NCBI RefSeq assembly: GCF_009914755.1
Contig: NC_060926.1
Source: the human T2T-CHM13v2.0 reference genome, Homo sapiens
Direction: 5' to 3' (one strand)
DNA: 64,000 bases
The notes beneath the pieces are model-generated. The model saw only the letters and a list, made by a program, of their open reading frames with translations. It searched no databases and was not told where the DNA came from. The position numbers and the translations under genes are program-made. Position 1 is the first letter of the stretch, and each line of letters begins with the position of its first letter. Shown in pieces: positions 14,602 to 27,990 of this stretch.

Positions 14602-14898
14602 TTTTTTTTTTTTTTTTTTTGAGATGCAGTCTCACTCTGTCATCCAGGCTGGAGTGCAGTGGCCCAATCTCAGCTCACTGCAAACTCCGCCTCCCAGGTT
14701 CACACCATTCTCACCTCAGCCTCCTGAGCACCTGGGACTACAGGCACACGCCACCACACCCGTCTAATTTTGTATTTTTAGGAAAGGCAAGGTTTCATCA
14801 TGTTCCCTGGGCTGGTCTTGAACTCCTGACCTCAAGTGGTCCACCCTCCTTGGCCTCCAAAAGTGCTGGGATTATAGGCAGGAGCCACCGGGCCTGGC
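14602..14898 (-). mobile_element. Alu SINE (AluSx-type left arm, AluY-type right-arm markers)
   Basis: Full Alu; TSD tagtctacattctt / tactctgcattctt. Confidence 0.95.
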
Positions 14899-15224
14899 TA
14901 CTCTGCATTCTTGATGCTTCATCCTTGGTGATCTACATTTCCTTAGACGTCTCCATTGTTTCTTACACTATAAGTAACTGATGAAGAAATCACAGATTTT
15001 TGTCTAATTCCTCTTCTTATTCCACCCTTTAAATGTCAGTGCTGTCTTCGCAATGTCAAAAGACAAAAAAAAAAAAACTGAGAATAATTTGCAGAATCCA
15101 TGACAACAGGCTAATTTTATTACTATATCTTCCCATCAACCACAACAAAATGCCGTAACATCTGTCAGGCCAAATTTCCATGTGTGCTACTAGAGTGTGC
15201 TACTACTCTTTCATAGAGATATGT

Positions 15225-15830
15225 ATATATGACCTGCATTCTATATACCAGGTGTTTTGATAAGTGATAGACATACAGTGGCTGAAGCAAATTGACATAG
15301 TCTTTGGATTCATGCTGTTGAAAATCTTTGGAAGTGGTTTATAATAAATAATTAAGTAAGTGAATAAATCTATTTTAACATGTTATAAGAGATTATCTCC
15401 AGAAAAATGAATATAATGCTATGATTAAAAAGCAATTATAGGTTTACATTAGATTATTTGGCCAGGGAGGCCTTTTCTGAGGAGATGATATTTAAGGTGG
15501 TCAAATGTCAGATGGAGAAGAGTTGGTCCAGGCAGAGGGATAGCAGCTAGGGAAGCTTGAGTTAGGGAAGTGCTAACTGTGTTTCAAAAGTGGAAATAAA
15601 GCTGTATGGCTTGGGCATGAAAAATGAGGAAGGGTGTGGCATAAACGGATTTCAGAGGCCTGAGCACAGTCACGGCAATCCTATTGCATACTGGGATTTG
15701 GATTTTATCTTAAAAGTCATGGAACTCACTGGAGAGATTTAAGGAGACTAGTGAAACATTTTGGTTTATATTTTTATAAAATCTTTTTGCTGTATGTTTT
15801 ATGCTATAAAAAGAGGCCAAAGAGTTAGGG
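15225..15830 (-). mobile_element. L2 LINE fragment
   Basis: cagggaggccttttctgaggagatgatatttaag; ccaggcagagggatagcagc; tttggattttatct. Confidence 0.7.
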
Positions 15831-15869
15831 GAAAGGCAGATTATTAAAAACCTGTGACTTATTGTGATT

Positions 15870-16230
15870 CTCCATTTTACCTTCCAAAAATGTGGACATA
15901 TCTTTGACTTCTCTGTTTTCTCCACCTACTCTACCATTCTGTGATCAAGTTTTGAAAACTTTAGATTCTTAACATCTCTCATAGGTATGATTTCTTCTTC
16001 TACCCTACATTTACTACCTTAAATTAGGGCTTCAAAATCTTTTATCTGAACTATTACAATACAATACAAATTGTATTGTACAATAGTCTTTCTAACACAT
16101 TTCTATGACTCCTATCATGCATACCAAACCCAATCATGTAAACCAATGCAAAGTTACCTTAACGAAATAAAAATTGAAGCATAATGCTCCAATACCTTTC
16201 TATGCCCTGGCTATCCACAATAAAATACAT
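15870..16230 (+). mobile_element. L2 LINE fragment
   Basis: Degenerate pyrimidine-rich L2 body (atctttgacttctctg...gaactattacaat). Confidence 0.45.
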
Positions 16231-17568
16231 ATATTTATTTATGTAGGAAATATGCCATTTATCGAGTACTTTTACAGGCTAGGTTAATATATCAAATCTT
16301 TGTAATAATCCTGTATGAGAGGTTTTGTCATTGCTGTTACCTCATACATAAACTGAGGCTGAGACAGAGAGTAAATGAGAGTGCAATTGAGTCATTTGGT
16401 TCATTGCAGAGTAAATCCACTTATAATTGCTTGGTTGATAGACTGCAAGTTAACTTGAGATTATATGTGGAGGAGCTCCCCAACTTAAATTTATAGGCAA
16501 AGTGTATTCCATTTAAAAGTCTTTAAACTCTCTTAGGTTGTTTAGCATGCATCATCTTGCCAACAGCTTGGTATGCTGTTATTGGGAATTTCAATATAAC
16601 TTTCGAAAGTTGTAAAAGTTTAAGATTAAGACTTTTTATTTTCTTGTGTTTCTTTTGTCAGCATTAAACACTTTTGACACATCTATAGGAAATTTATCAA
16701 ATATTACCTTTTCTGCTGTTTACACTCAATAAATAAGCATAACAATTTCAAGAAACTGATCTTTAATGTGAGCAGAACTATATCTTAAGTCTTCAACATG
16801 AGGACAATCTATGCAACAAGAAATGTAGATTTCTGTCAGGCTGTGTGTCCTTAGAACTGAAGCTCATTCTCTTGTTCAACCTTGGAGCTGAGCCTAGTAA
16901 GTTCAATACCTGTGCTTATTTCTCTCTTCTCTCCCTATTATACCATCAGCCCTCTAAAATCAGCTTCATTTCCTGGAGAAGGTTAGCAGCCAGTCCAACC
17001 AATATTGGTCCCAGTGAGCCTTAATAAAGCTAGCTTTAATAAAGAAAGATAATATAAAGTGACAACTACAGGATTCCACAGAGAGCTAGTCTGTTATCAA
17101 AACACACATCAGATTTTCTTCCCTTTACTGACTTCCTTCTCCTCTTAGAGTTAAGAAGAGAAAGAATTGAAGGTAATTTGTAACTTACATTTTCTCTCCA
17201 ACATGAGAATTTGATTTCCATATAATTCTCGAGGCAAGAATTTTTATAATCTTTTTGAAGATTTTTGGTTGTTCTGGGATTCTATCCAAACCAGACCACT
17301 GTGTATCAAGAAAACTAATGTTAGCAACATATGTTAAGCTCAAACATAGGCAATGAGCAAAATATTTTAAAACCATATACCTTTCCCACTAGGGTGAAAG
17401 CTTGCTTTTCTGTAGTCAAGAGATAGAACCTGACTTAACAAGATCTAGCATATCCCTTACCTTTCTCTTGCTAAATTAAAATATTCAAAAAAGGAAAATG
17501 ACAATAACTCCCATGCAAAATAATAAATGAGCTCCTTTCAGAGATTTTCTTCAATTCATTAATAATGG

Positions 17569-17987
17569 TGTTATGAGCTGAGTTTTGTTCCCAAAAAATC
17601 ATGTTGAAGGCCTAACACCTAGCACTTTCGAATGTGACTGTACTGGAGATAGGGTTTTTAAAGTGGTAATTTAAGTTAAGCTGAGGTCATAGGGTGGATC
17701 CTAATACAATGTTACTAGTGCCCTTAAAAGAAGAGATGATTAGGACAGAGAAACACAGATGGAAAACCATGCGAAGGCACAGGGAGAAGGCCGCCATGGG
17801 TCAAGCCAAGGAGTGAAGCCTCACAAGAAACCAACATTTCTGATACCTTGGTCTTAGAATTTTAGGCTCCACAGCTGTATGACAATACATTTCTTTATTG
17901 TATTTCTATATGTTGTATTTCTATACATTGGATTTAAGCCACCCAATCTGTGGTACTTTGTTATAGCAGCCTTAGCAAGTGAAATCA
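17569..17987 (+). mobile_element. MLT1B solo LTR (ERVL-MaLR)
   Basis: tgttatgagctgagttttgttccc...gaatgtgactgtactggagatagg...ttaagccacccaatctgtggtactttgttatagcagcc. Confidence 0.85.
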
Positions 17988-18624
17988 GATAGGAATCCAT
18001 ACGATATTAAAACTTAGTTTAAAGGAGACAATGAAGGCCAGAGGTATGAATAGGCAGTCAGAAGTAATGAAATAAATTCACTGATAGAGGCAAAACTGGA
18101 TAAGAGTCTACATGGTATAAAATGTGTAACATTTGGGGTTATCTTTTCTACAGGGTAGAAATCAAGTGTATCTTGACAAAATTCATTTGCATTACTGTGT
18201 ACAATGAACATTTTCATTACCATGATTTTTCTGTTAGTTTATTTTTATTCCTAAAAACTTGTAAAGCAGTTTAACTACTAGAAAGTCAATAAAAAGTGCA
18301 CAGTTCTATTGAATCAGGTATTCTTCCAAGAATCTACTAGCCAAAACTCATCACTCCACTGAAAGGACACCCAGTCATCTCTTTTGCCAATTTCCAAGCA
18401 TTGTACAATTTTTATTAACATTCCACAACCTCATTCCTTGTACATATCTTTCATCTCATGAATGTATACAACCAAATATACCTCATAATATATACTTACT
18501 AAGTACAGTTATCCTGCATTCAGTAATATTTGTGAGTGTAGTTTGCTTAATACATCTATGTACAATGCCATTAGGACATAAGATCCTTCTGGGTCCTGAA
18601 TGAATCTCCTCTTCCACTACCCTG

Positions 18625-18658
18625 GCCAAGATGTAGACTTCTGCCAAGATGTAGACTT
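18625..18658. repeat. Tandem duplication with 18-bp period (gccaagatgtagactt x2)
   Basis: Read directly. Confidence 0.9.
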
Positions 18659-20016
18659 AGCTAATATTTAGAAGCTTTGTCATGCCCAGATGCAACATAC
18701 AATTATTCCACATATATGCAAACATCAGATTCTCACAAAAATAATTAACCTGCTCATATACCTCAATAAAATAGATGAAGCCACTTATACAAATGCAAAC
18801 CTGTGTTGAATTGTATTACCACTTTGAAAGAATTAAATTCATATTTTCATGATCGTACTAATTTCTTCAAGCATAAGAGTCATGACAGTTGGAAAAGAGG
18901 TGGGATGTAGTATTATGGAGAAATATATACAGGATTTGGGAAAGGGAGGTGTGAGACAATAATCAAGCTTTATCTGCTACAGATGATTAATAAGATCAAC
19001 CCAGCCTTTATACCATATACTCCTTGGTTTTATTCATTCATGACCTGATGTATTTTTAACATCACAGGGCAATATTAATAAAAAAATTTCCAGAACCCTC
19101 TAATAATCACCCTAAGGCAGAAATATCCTGCAATAGAGCATTTGCAGATATCACAGAAACTAGGTAAACTTTAATACATCATTATCACAGACTTTCTGCT
19201 TCCTTCTCCCAGAGTCCACTTTGAGAACTTTGCCCTCATGTCAAATGATAGGAACACATAGGAAATGCCAGATTCCCTAATTTGTTTTTCCTAAAGGTTA
19301 TGCTACAGAGTTGGACTTTGCTTTTCCTATTTCAAATTAAATTTTCTCAAGAAATTGAAATATTATATAAGTCACTCTAATGCCCAGTTTAAAAATCAAA
19401 GGCAACCGAAAATTTGACTTGGCAATGATCTGTGAAGGACAGCAATGAGTGTGGGGGAGATGAAGAACCTGAAGTTTTCAGAATGCCTTAAAATGACATT
19501 TTTATTTAAAGTGCTGATCACTTAGTGATTTTTTTAAGTTATTTTCTTGTTTCACCAAGGGAAGATGAAGCAGTGCCTTTCATCGCATTCTTTCCTTCAA
19601 AACATTGGAATTATCTTTTCTGTTCATTCAGTTCATGCCCAGCTGCTGCCCTAATAAGCCCCACAAACTTGGCTTCACAGCTGTGCCAGCTGCTTCGGAT
19701 CTTGGAGTTGAAATTTTTTTCTCAGCACTCTCAGTGATTTGGTCCCAGATTTCAAGTAAACATTCTCATAATCCACAGTTGAAACACATTGCCTTGTACA
19801 GAGACCACATGCAAAGGAAAAATTGTTTTTCTAATTTTTATTGTCTTTTGGTGGGGGATGGAAGGACCTGCACCTTTCTTAGTATTGTTGGAATTATCTA
19901 AACTAATTTACCAACTTCTTAAAAGTAAGCTAAGGAGATGTGAAGTTAAATGACGTAACATTTGCATTGACCAAGTGAAGCTAAACATCTGAGTGTTTCA
20001 AAATAATTTTATTCCC

Positions 20017-20080
20017 GTCCTCAACTATCCCCCAACTAACCTTGACAGTCCTCAACTATCCCCCAACTAACCTTGACAGT
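20017..20080. repeat. Perfect 31-bp tandem duplication
   Basis: gtcctcaactatcccccaactaaccttgaca x2 plus gt. Confidence 0.95.
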
Positions 20081-21009
20081 AGCCAAAGCATGCGTTAATT
20101 GACGTCTGTCCTTGGCATATCACCTTGGAATCCAAAGTTTGCTCTTTTTTGGCTTAACCAGGACTAGCCTCACCGATGTTTCTTCTACCTCTTTTCTTCA
20201 CTGACTTTCTAACAACACAAAACAGTCCAGTACTACTCTCCCTCTTCCAGTTTCTCAGTTTTTGCGCCCTCAGAGAACATCTTATGCTCTGAATCTTTGT
20301 CCCATCTCTCTCTGGAAAAAAAAAAAAAAAAAAAAAGTTTTTTTTTCTTTCATAAGTGGTCTACTTAGTACAAGGCCAAGTAATTTAATAAATATATCTT
20401 ATAAACTATGAAATTGATGCATGGCATCAGTTTGTGATCCTTATTTCCTCTATATTAACTTTATGTTTGCATCATTTTGTTATTTACCAGATTATGAGTT
20501 TCTTAAGGGCAAAATTATGTCTTTTTTACATTGTTGTCACCAAAATTAAGGAGTTAGGGAGATTTTAAATGTAAATTTTAATCTGAACTAAACATTTAAA
20601 CTTAACTGGGGCTTGTTCTGTCTTAACCCAAATATTGTTATTAAAACAACAATTAAAATGAAATACAAAATAATTATGAGTAATAACACTTTAGCACCTG
20701 TCCTGCCTTCAGAGACAGAAAAATGTTTTATTGCTTAATCCACAATTTTGTTTTATTAATTTGGTGGCCAGGTTGAGTAGAGCCATAACTGAAAAGACTT
20801 CAAAGGGGCTAAATGGATTTTCCCTAGAAAGCCTAAGAGCCACTAAATAAATAAAAGTTAATTATGAGAGCTAGAGTAGAGGGTTACTAGACAAAAGTCA
20901 GCAAATCCTGATTTTCAAAGAGACTTTTCAGAGTTTAGGAGATTAAAGACAAAACATAATGAAATTTTTTTATATGTGTGAGATTTAAGTCCAAACTTCC
21001 TCTGCTTTC

Positions 21010-21372
21010 TTTCTTAGTGTATTTGAGCTGTTATAACAAAATACCATATATTGGGAATCACAAACAATAGAACTTTATTGCTGACAATTCTGGAAGCTGG
21101 AAAGTTTAAGATGAAGGCTCCAGCAGATTTGGTGTCTGGTGAGGGTTCGCTCTATGCCTTATAGATGGCACCTTCTAGCTGTGTCTTTACATGGTGGAAG
21201 TGAAAAACAAGCTCCATTGGGCCTCTATTTTAAGTGCATTAATCCCTTTAATGAGGCCTGTGCCGTCATGATCTTATCACCTCCTAAAGGCCACATCTAA
21301 TACCATCATTGTGGAAGTTAGGACTTCAACTTAATGCATTTTGAGGAAACACAAACATTCACACCATATAGC
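21010..21372 (-). mobile_element. MLT1A-type solo LTR (ERVL-MaLR)
   Basis: cttagtgtatttgagctgttataacaaaatacc...cagcagatttggtgtctggtgaggg...acacaaacattcacaccata. Confidence 0.8.
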
Positions 21373-21813
21373 TTTTCAGGTTTTATTTTAGTGTTGATGC
21401 TTCTCTTGCATGCAGCCCCATGCGGAAAACTAACTTAAAGACAAATCAATGCTATATAGATTGGGAGTATTGCTTGGTAATGCAATTTCTGTGGTAAGGA
21501 CAGTGGTGATGGTAAGAGTGAGGTGGGAGTGAGGAGGGGGTGGGTTTGTGTCCCTCAAATCACACCATGTAAGTGACCATGTAAACCTGGTTCACTCACC
21601 CTAAAAGCCTTCTAATATATTTTAAACATTCCTCAAGAAACAATTTGGTTGAGCATTGAAGCAAACAAATATTTATCCACTTAAAATTTACTGTACAGAT
21701 ACTTTATATGAACACTACATTTTGATAAATGGTAGATTTTATAAGTTAAATTATTTTTCTTTTTAGAAAAGCAATATACATATGCTATAATTTTAAGAAA
21801 ACAATATAGAAAA

Positions 21814-22600
21814 TGTGATATCGTAGAAAGATATTTGGTCTTTGTCCTCAGTTCCTGGCACAGAGCTCCTAAAACCCTTGGAATTTGTTTACTGGTAAGA
21901 TGAGGAGGGGAATCTTTCATTCAAGAAGGCATTCTTGGTGGCCTGGCCCTGAGATAGTTTTAGGAAGGGGGCTGATGACCACGAAGACCAAAGCTTCACT
22001 AGAAGCTTGAAACTTTCAGCACCATCCCCAACTCCCAGGGAGGGGAGAAGGGGCTCAAGATTGAATTCATCACCAACGGCCAATGATTCAATCAGTTATG
22101 CCTACATAATGAAGCCTCCATAGAAATCCCTAAATAACAAGGTTTAAAGAGCTTCCAGGTTGATACCTTCCATGTGTCAGGAAGGTTCTGCATACCAGCT
22201 TCACAGGGATAGAGGCTTCTACACTCAGGACCCATCTGTGCCACACTATATATGCCAATTTATTTGACTTCATTTTTAGTTTTTATTATAAACTGGTACA
22301 CATAAGTAAAGTAGCTTCCTGAGTTCTGTGAGCTGTTCTAACAAATTATCAAAACTGAGGAGGGGGTCTTGGGAGCCCCTAATTTACAGCCAGCTGTTTA
22401 GAAATATAGATGGCCTGGGACTTGTGACTGTTGTCTGACACGAGAGCAGTCATGTGGGACTGAGCCCTTAAACCTTTGGAGTCTGATTAGGTAGTTAGTG
22501 TCAGAATTGAATTGAAAGTTAGGAAACTCAGTTTATGTCAGTCAGAATTAGCTGGTGTCAGGAGGAAAAATCCTCTGGGAGACTGAAAAAATAACTCACA
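21814..22600 (+). mobile_element. MER21 (B/C) solo LTR
   Basis: tgtgatat...tttggtctttgtcctcagttcctggcacagagctcctaaaacccttggaattt; ggccaatgattcaatcagttatgcctacataatgaagcctccat. Confidence 0.85.
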
Positions 22601-22994
22601 ACACCACATGCTCCCTAGGTAAGCAAAGTTAGAATATGTAGATAGATGTGTAGATACACACTCATACACCTCTCTCAAATGCACATTCATATACAGACAA
22701 ATAGTTTTATAATAAACTAAGATTATACATACAGATTATTTCATTATCAATGCATAGTCATCGAAAATAATTTTTTAATGAAATAGGATGCCATTTACTT
22801 AACTAATATGAACCATCACATTTCAAGGCATCATGAGTAATTGTAAGTGTTTAACCAGGCTAGTAGTCTTTGCTGTGACATCTTAAGGCAAACAAACAGT
22901 ACTAATAAAAATATAATCTCACAAAAGTTGAAAAAATAGTAAACTTTGGTAATTCATTATACTTTCTCTTTTCTTACAAACTAAAATGTGAATT

Positions 22995-23318
22995 GGCCTG
23001 GCATGGTATCTTGTGCCTATAATCCCAAAACTTGGGAGGCCAAGGTGGGAAGATCTCTTGAGCCCAGAAGTTTGAGACCAGCCTGGCATCCTGGGCAACA
23101 TGGTGAGAACTTATCTCTACAAAAAAAAAAAAAAAAAAAAACAATCAAATTAGCCAGATGTGGTGGTATGTGCCTATAGTCCTAGCTATTCAGGAGGCTG
23201 AGGTGGGAGGACCACTTGAGCTCAGGAGGTAGAGGCTGCAATGAGCTGTGATTGTGCCACTCCACTCCAGCCTGGGCAACAGCAACAGAGTGAGACACCA
23301 TCTCAAATAAAAATAAAA
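22995..23318 (+). mobile_element. Alu SINE (AluJ)
   Basis: J-type markers (cttgagcccag, ctgcaatgagctgtgattgtgcc); TSD aaaatg(t)gaatt. Confidence 0.92.
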
Positions 23319-23360
23319 TGGAATTGAGACGTGGCCATTTCTGTGAAATATATCTAATAA

Positions 23361-24186
23361 TGATATGGACAGGAGGCAGGAAAATACTGGGTAGAAGAGG
23401 GCACAGTCCCTGGTGAGGGCTCTACCCTCAAGCCTCAGCCCAAAGTGAGAACTATCCCTGTCTTTTCCCACCTGAATGTGGCCTTTTGGCCTGCCCCACC
23501 CCCTATCCCTATCCTGGGCCCTTAAGAACCCCAAACCACAGACTCAGCAGATACACACAGAAGACAGAAGTGTCTGAAAGTAGAGGGAAGAAGACGCAGT
23601 TGAACACCAGAAACTACAGTCAGAAAGGATTTTGGCTGGAAACAGCTGGACTTCAGGGAGAGTTTATCTTCCCACTCCACCCCCTTTCCAGCTCCCCTTC
23701 TCACTGAGAGCCACTTCCACCACTTAATAAAGTCCTCCACATTTACAACCTTTCAATTCGTTTGTGTGACCTGATTCTTCCTGGACACCAGACAAGAACT
23801 TGGGTACCAAGAGGGCAGGGTTTAAAAGACTGTTATCCTGACCCTCCACTGATATTGTTAACACATAACTGTCCATGGACAGCAAATGCTAAAAGAGCAC
23901 TGATTGTAACACACACCCTCTGGAGCTCCAGGGGTCACAGACACTGCCTTTCAGATGGCAGAGCTAAAAGAGCATTGTAACACACTTGGATGCTGCCACA
24001 GGGCCCACACAGAGCCTGCTCCAGCCAGAGAGGAGTGACCAGCTAGCTCCAGCATTGGCCTGCTCCAGTTCCTATACCCATCCCCTTGTGTGCTCCCTCC
24101 CATAAGGTATTGAGTGTGGCAGCCAAGTAAACAAGCCACCCTCTTCATGAGTTCCCTGAAGGGGTAAAGGGAAATTTCCTATCTCA
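23361..24186 (+). mobile_element. ERV1 solo LTR (MER50/LTR48/LTR29 group)
   Basis: TG...CA termini; start tgatatggacaggaggcaggaaaatactgggtagaagagggc; internal AATAAA at ~23726. Confidence 0.8.
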
Positions 24187-25058
24187 AAATACTAAAAAGT
24201 ACTTACTATCTAAATTCTGAAAATACTATGTTCAAAATTAACTTTTAGAGATTCTTTTATTTATCATACCTAGCATCACTGAAACAAAATTTCCATTTAT
24301 TTGAAAAGGAATACACAGAGGATTTGTGATGACTGAATCTTCAGATAAACTGGGATTCTATTAATTAAAAGAGACAAAGAAAGCATAAATCAAATTCCTC
24401 ATGTAAACTAAAATCAATAGAATTTGTCAGATTAAATAAAACAATATTTTATTATTAACTTCAAATATTACCTAGTGCAGTTAAATGATTTTATTTATTT
24501 TTTAACCTAAGTTTTTTTTTCCTTTAACACAAGTATGTTGAGTCATATAATTTTTAACCATGGGGGTCCTTAGATATTGATCAAATATTTCTGAGGTTGT
24601 AGTAAAAACTCCTTTGGGAAAAATACTGCATTTCAATCATTTTTGAATCAACAGAGTGACTTGCACGAAAGTGTACATTATTTTATATGAATTAAATTCA
24701 ATATAAAAAAACACTGTTCAAAGAAATTAAGCGACGTATCCAGTGATTCATAAAGACTTGGATGTAACTAGAATTTGGAACTTGTTTTTTAAAATACCAG
24801 ACAACTAGTAGTAATAGTATACCAAACTCTATCTTTTAACATATATGTCTTTAATGATGAGAAAGTGTAACACATGACAGCTCTCACCTAATAAAATTCC
24901 ACAGTGGCATGGATTTACTTACAGCTGGAATTGCATACTCAAATGCCCAGACTAGATGAGATGGGTAAAGTAAGAGAGAGAAGGCCAGTGTTGAGGGCCT
25001 AAGTATACATTGGATAAATGGAGGGAATTGTGCTAAATTGCATAACACAGGTTATTTC

Positions 25059-25457
25059 TTTCACTCCTATCCATGTGAAGACAACACCAAACAGGCTTTG
25101 TGTGGGCAATAAAGCTTTTTAATCACCTGGGTGCAGGTGGGCTGAGTCTGAAAACAGAGTCAGCAAAGGGAGATGGGGTGGAGCCGTTTTATAAGATTTG
25201 GGTAGGTAGTGGGAGATTACAGTCAAAAGGGGTTGTTCTCTGACTGGCAGGGGTAGGAGTCACAAGGTGCTCAGTAGGGGAGCTTTTGAGCCAGGATAAG
25301 CCAGGAGAAGGAATTTCACAAGGTAATGTCATCAGTTACGGCAGGAACAGGCCATTTTCACTTCTTTTGTCATTCTTCAGTTACTTCAGGCCATCTGGAT
25401 GTATACGTGCAGGTCACAGGGGATATGATGGCTTAGCTTGGGCTCAGAGGCCTGACA
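25059..25457 (-). mobile_element. HERV-H 3' LTR (LTR7)
   Basis: LTR7 sequence; ATTAAA poly(A) signal at 25118-25123 (minus); polypurine tract aagaagacaggaa at 25458-25470. Confidence 0.95.
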
Positions 25458-25949
25458 TTCCTGTCTTCTTATATTAATAAGAAAAAATAAAACAAAATAG
25501 TGGTAAAGAGTTGGGGTGGCAAAAATTTTGGGGAGTGGTATGGAGAGATAATGAGCAATGTTTCTTAGGGCTGCTTCGAGCGGGATTAGGGGTGGCATGG
25601 GAACTTAGAGTGGGAGAGATTAAGCTGAAGGAAGATTCTGTAGTAAGGGGTGATATTGCGGGGTTGTTAGAAGAAACATTTATCGTATAGAATTACTGAT
25701 GATGGCCTGGATACGGTTTTGTATGAATTGAAAAACTAAATGGAATACACAAGGTCAGAATAAGAGAAGGAGAAAAACAGGTATTAAAGGACTAAGAATT
25801 GGGAGGATCCAGGACATCCAATTAGAGAGTGTCCAAGGGGGTTCAGTGTAATTACTTGGTTGCTTGGTGAGTTTTTTTAGCTCTATTCTTGACAGAGTCC
25901 TTTTTTTAAGTTGGAGGCTGAGCTTGGTGACGTGTGTTTTTAAAAGACC

Positions 25950-26534
25950 ATTAGTCCGTTTTACCTTTCCTGAAGATTGAGGACCGTAAGGGATAGGAAG
26001 GTTCTACTGAATACCAAGAGCCTGAGAAACTGCTTGGGTGATTTGACTAGTAAAGGCCAGTCCGTTATCAGACTATATAGAGGCGGGAAGGCCAAACTGA
26101 GGAATTGTGTCTGACAGAAGGGAAGAAATGACCATGGTGGCCTTCCCAGACCCTGTGGGAAAGGCCTCTATTCATCCAGTGAAAGGGTCTACCCAGATCA
26201 AGAGGTATTTTAGTTTCCTGACTCGAGGCATATGAGTAAAGTCAATTTGCCAGTCCTGGGTCGGGGCAAATCCCTGAGCTTGATGTGCAGAGAAGGGAGG
26301 GGATGTACAGAGAAGGGAGGGGGCCTGAACAATCCCTGAGGAGTAGTAGAAGAGCAGATGGAACACTGAGAAGTGATTTCCTTGTGGATAGATTTCCACA
26401 ATGGAAAGGAAATGAGAGGTTCTAAGAGGCAGGCTAGTGGCTTGTAACCTACACGGAAGAGGTTCTGAAATGACAACAGAATAGAATTGGCCTGTGAGGC
26501 TGGAAGGAGGTATTTTCACTGGTCCAAGAACCAT
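25950..26534 (-). pseudogene. HERV-H pol integrase remnant
   Basis: DWQIDFTHMPRVRKLKYLLIWVDPFTG; CSIC zinc-finger half; frameshifted by a 20-bp duplication at 26282-26321. Confidence 0.85.
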
Positions 26535-27310
26535 TTGCCTTGTGTGGGAAGAGATTGATAGGCGGAAGTTTTAGCTACCTTATCAGCATAAGCGTTGTCC
26601 TGAGCGATGGGATCTGATGCCTTTTGATGGCTTTTGCAGTGAATGACTTCAGCTTCCTTTGGACGTAAAGTGGCTTTGAGAAGCATTTTTATTAATGAGG
26701 CATTAATAATGGACGAAGCTTGCGTAGTGAGGAAACCTCTTTCAGCCCATATAACAGCATGGTGGTGCAGGATATGGAAGGCATATTTAGAGTCAGTATA
26801 AATATTGACATGTAGTCCCATTGCAAGAGTGAGGGCCCGAGTTAAGGCAATGAGTTCAGCTTGCTGAGAGGTAGTGGATGGGGCAGAGTGGTAGCCTCAA
26901 TGATACATGTGGAAGATACTATAGCACAGCCTGCCTTTGCTGGTGAGTGGCAATTAGGCCTGGTGGAACTGCCATCAATAAACCAAGTGTGTTCATGGTG
27001 AGTAACAGGAAAGAATATAGGGAAATGGAGTGAGTGTCAGGTGGATTAGAGAGATACAGTCATGGGGACCAGGTGTGGTATCAGGAATAACGTGGAAGGC
27101 CAGATTGAAGTGCAGGCCAGGAACAATGGTAATTGCGGGAGACTCAACAAAGAGTGAGTATAGCTGAAGGAGCTGGGGAGCAGAAAGTATATGCATCAGG
27201 TGGGAGAAAGAAAATAGATTTTGGAAGTTATGAGAAATGTAGAGAGTGAGTTGAGCATAGTTTGTGATTTTTAGGGCCTCTAAAAGTATTAAAGCATCGG
27301 CAGCCACTGC
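26535..27310 (-). pseudogene. HERV-H pol tether/RNase H remnant
   Basis: VNIYTDSKYAFHILHHH...IHCKSHQK...NAYADKVAK. Confidence 0.85.
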
Positions 27311-27319
27311 ATGTAGACA

Positions 27320-27990
27320 TGAGGGCTAGGCTAAAAGAGTAAGGTCAAGTTGTTTGGACAGAAAAGCTACAGGGTGTGGTCCCGGCTCTTGTGTAAGAAT
27401 TCTGACTGCACTAACCATGCCTAGGAAGGAAAGGAGTTGTTGTTTTATAGAAGAGATTGGGGTTTGGGAGATTAGTCGGACACGATCAGCAGGGAGAGCA
27501 TGTGTGTTTTTATGAGAATTATGCTGAGATAAGTAACAGATGAGGAAGAAATTTGGGCTTAACTGAAGTAATGGGGGCTGTCTGTGAAGCCTTGTTGCAG
27601 TACTGCCCAGGTAATTTGCTGAGCCTGATGGGTGTCAGGGTCAGTCCAAGTGAAATTGAAGAGAGGCTGGGATGAAGGGTGCAAAGGAATAGTAAAGAAA
27701 GCATATTTGAGATCCAGAACAGAATAATGGGTTGTGGAGGGAGGTATTGAGGATAGGAGAGTATATGGCTTTGGCACCATGGGGTGGATAGGCAAAAACA
27801 ATTTGGATTATAAGGTGCAGATCCTGAACTAACCTGTAAGGCTTGTCTGGTTTTTGGACAGGTAAAATGGGGGAGTCATAAGGAGAGTTTATAGGCTTTA
27901 AAAGGCCATGCTGTAACAGGCAAGTGATAACAGGCTTTAATCCTTTTAAAGCGTGCTGTGGGATGGGATATTGGCATTGAGCAGGCAAGG
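27320..27990 (-). pseudogene. HERV-H pol reverse transcriptase remnant (YxDD segment deleted)
   Basis: QYPIP, PILPVQKPDKPYRLVQDL, YSVLDLKYAFF, WAVLQQGFTDSPHYFS*AQISSSSVTYL; frameshifts. Confidence 0.88.

Noticed and set aside
16060-16080. Inverted repeat tacaatacaa-a-ttgtattgta
   Set aside because: Short, built from a low-complexity (tacaa)n unit inside an L2 fossil
17190-17465. Minus-strand splice signals as exons of a HERV-H chimeric transcript
   Set aside because: The donor at 17460 and acceptor at ~17410 would define an implausible ~50-nt intron; no consistent structure without RNA data
25036-25050. OCT4-SOX2 composite-like motif aattgcataacacag next to the 3' LTR
   Set aside because: Mismatches fall in both the octamer and the SOX core
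25458-25950. HERV-H env ORF
   Set aside because: Only ~0.5 kb separates integrase from the 3' LTR and there is no open SU/TM frame; env is deleted
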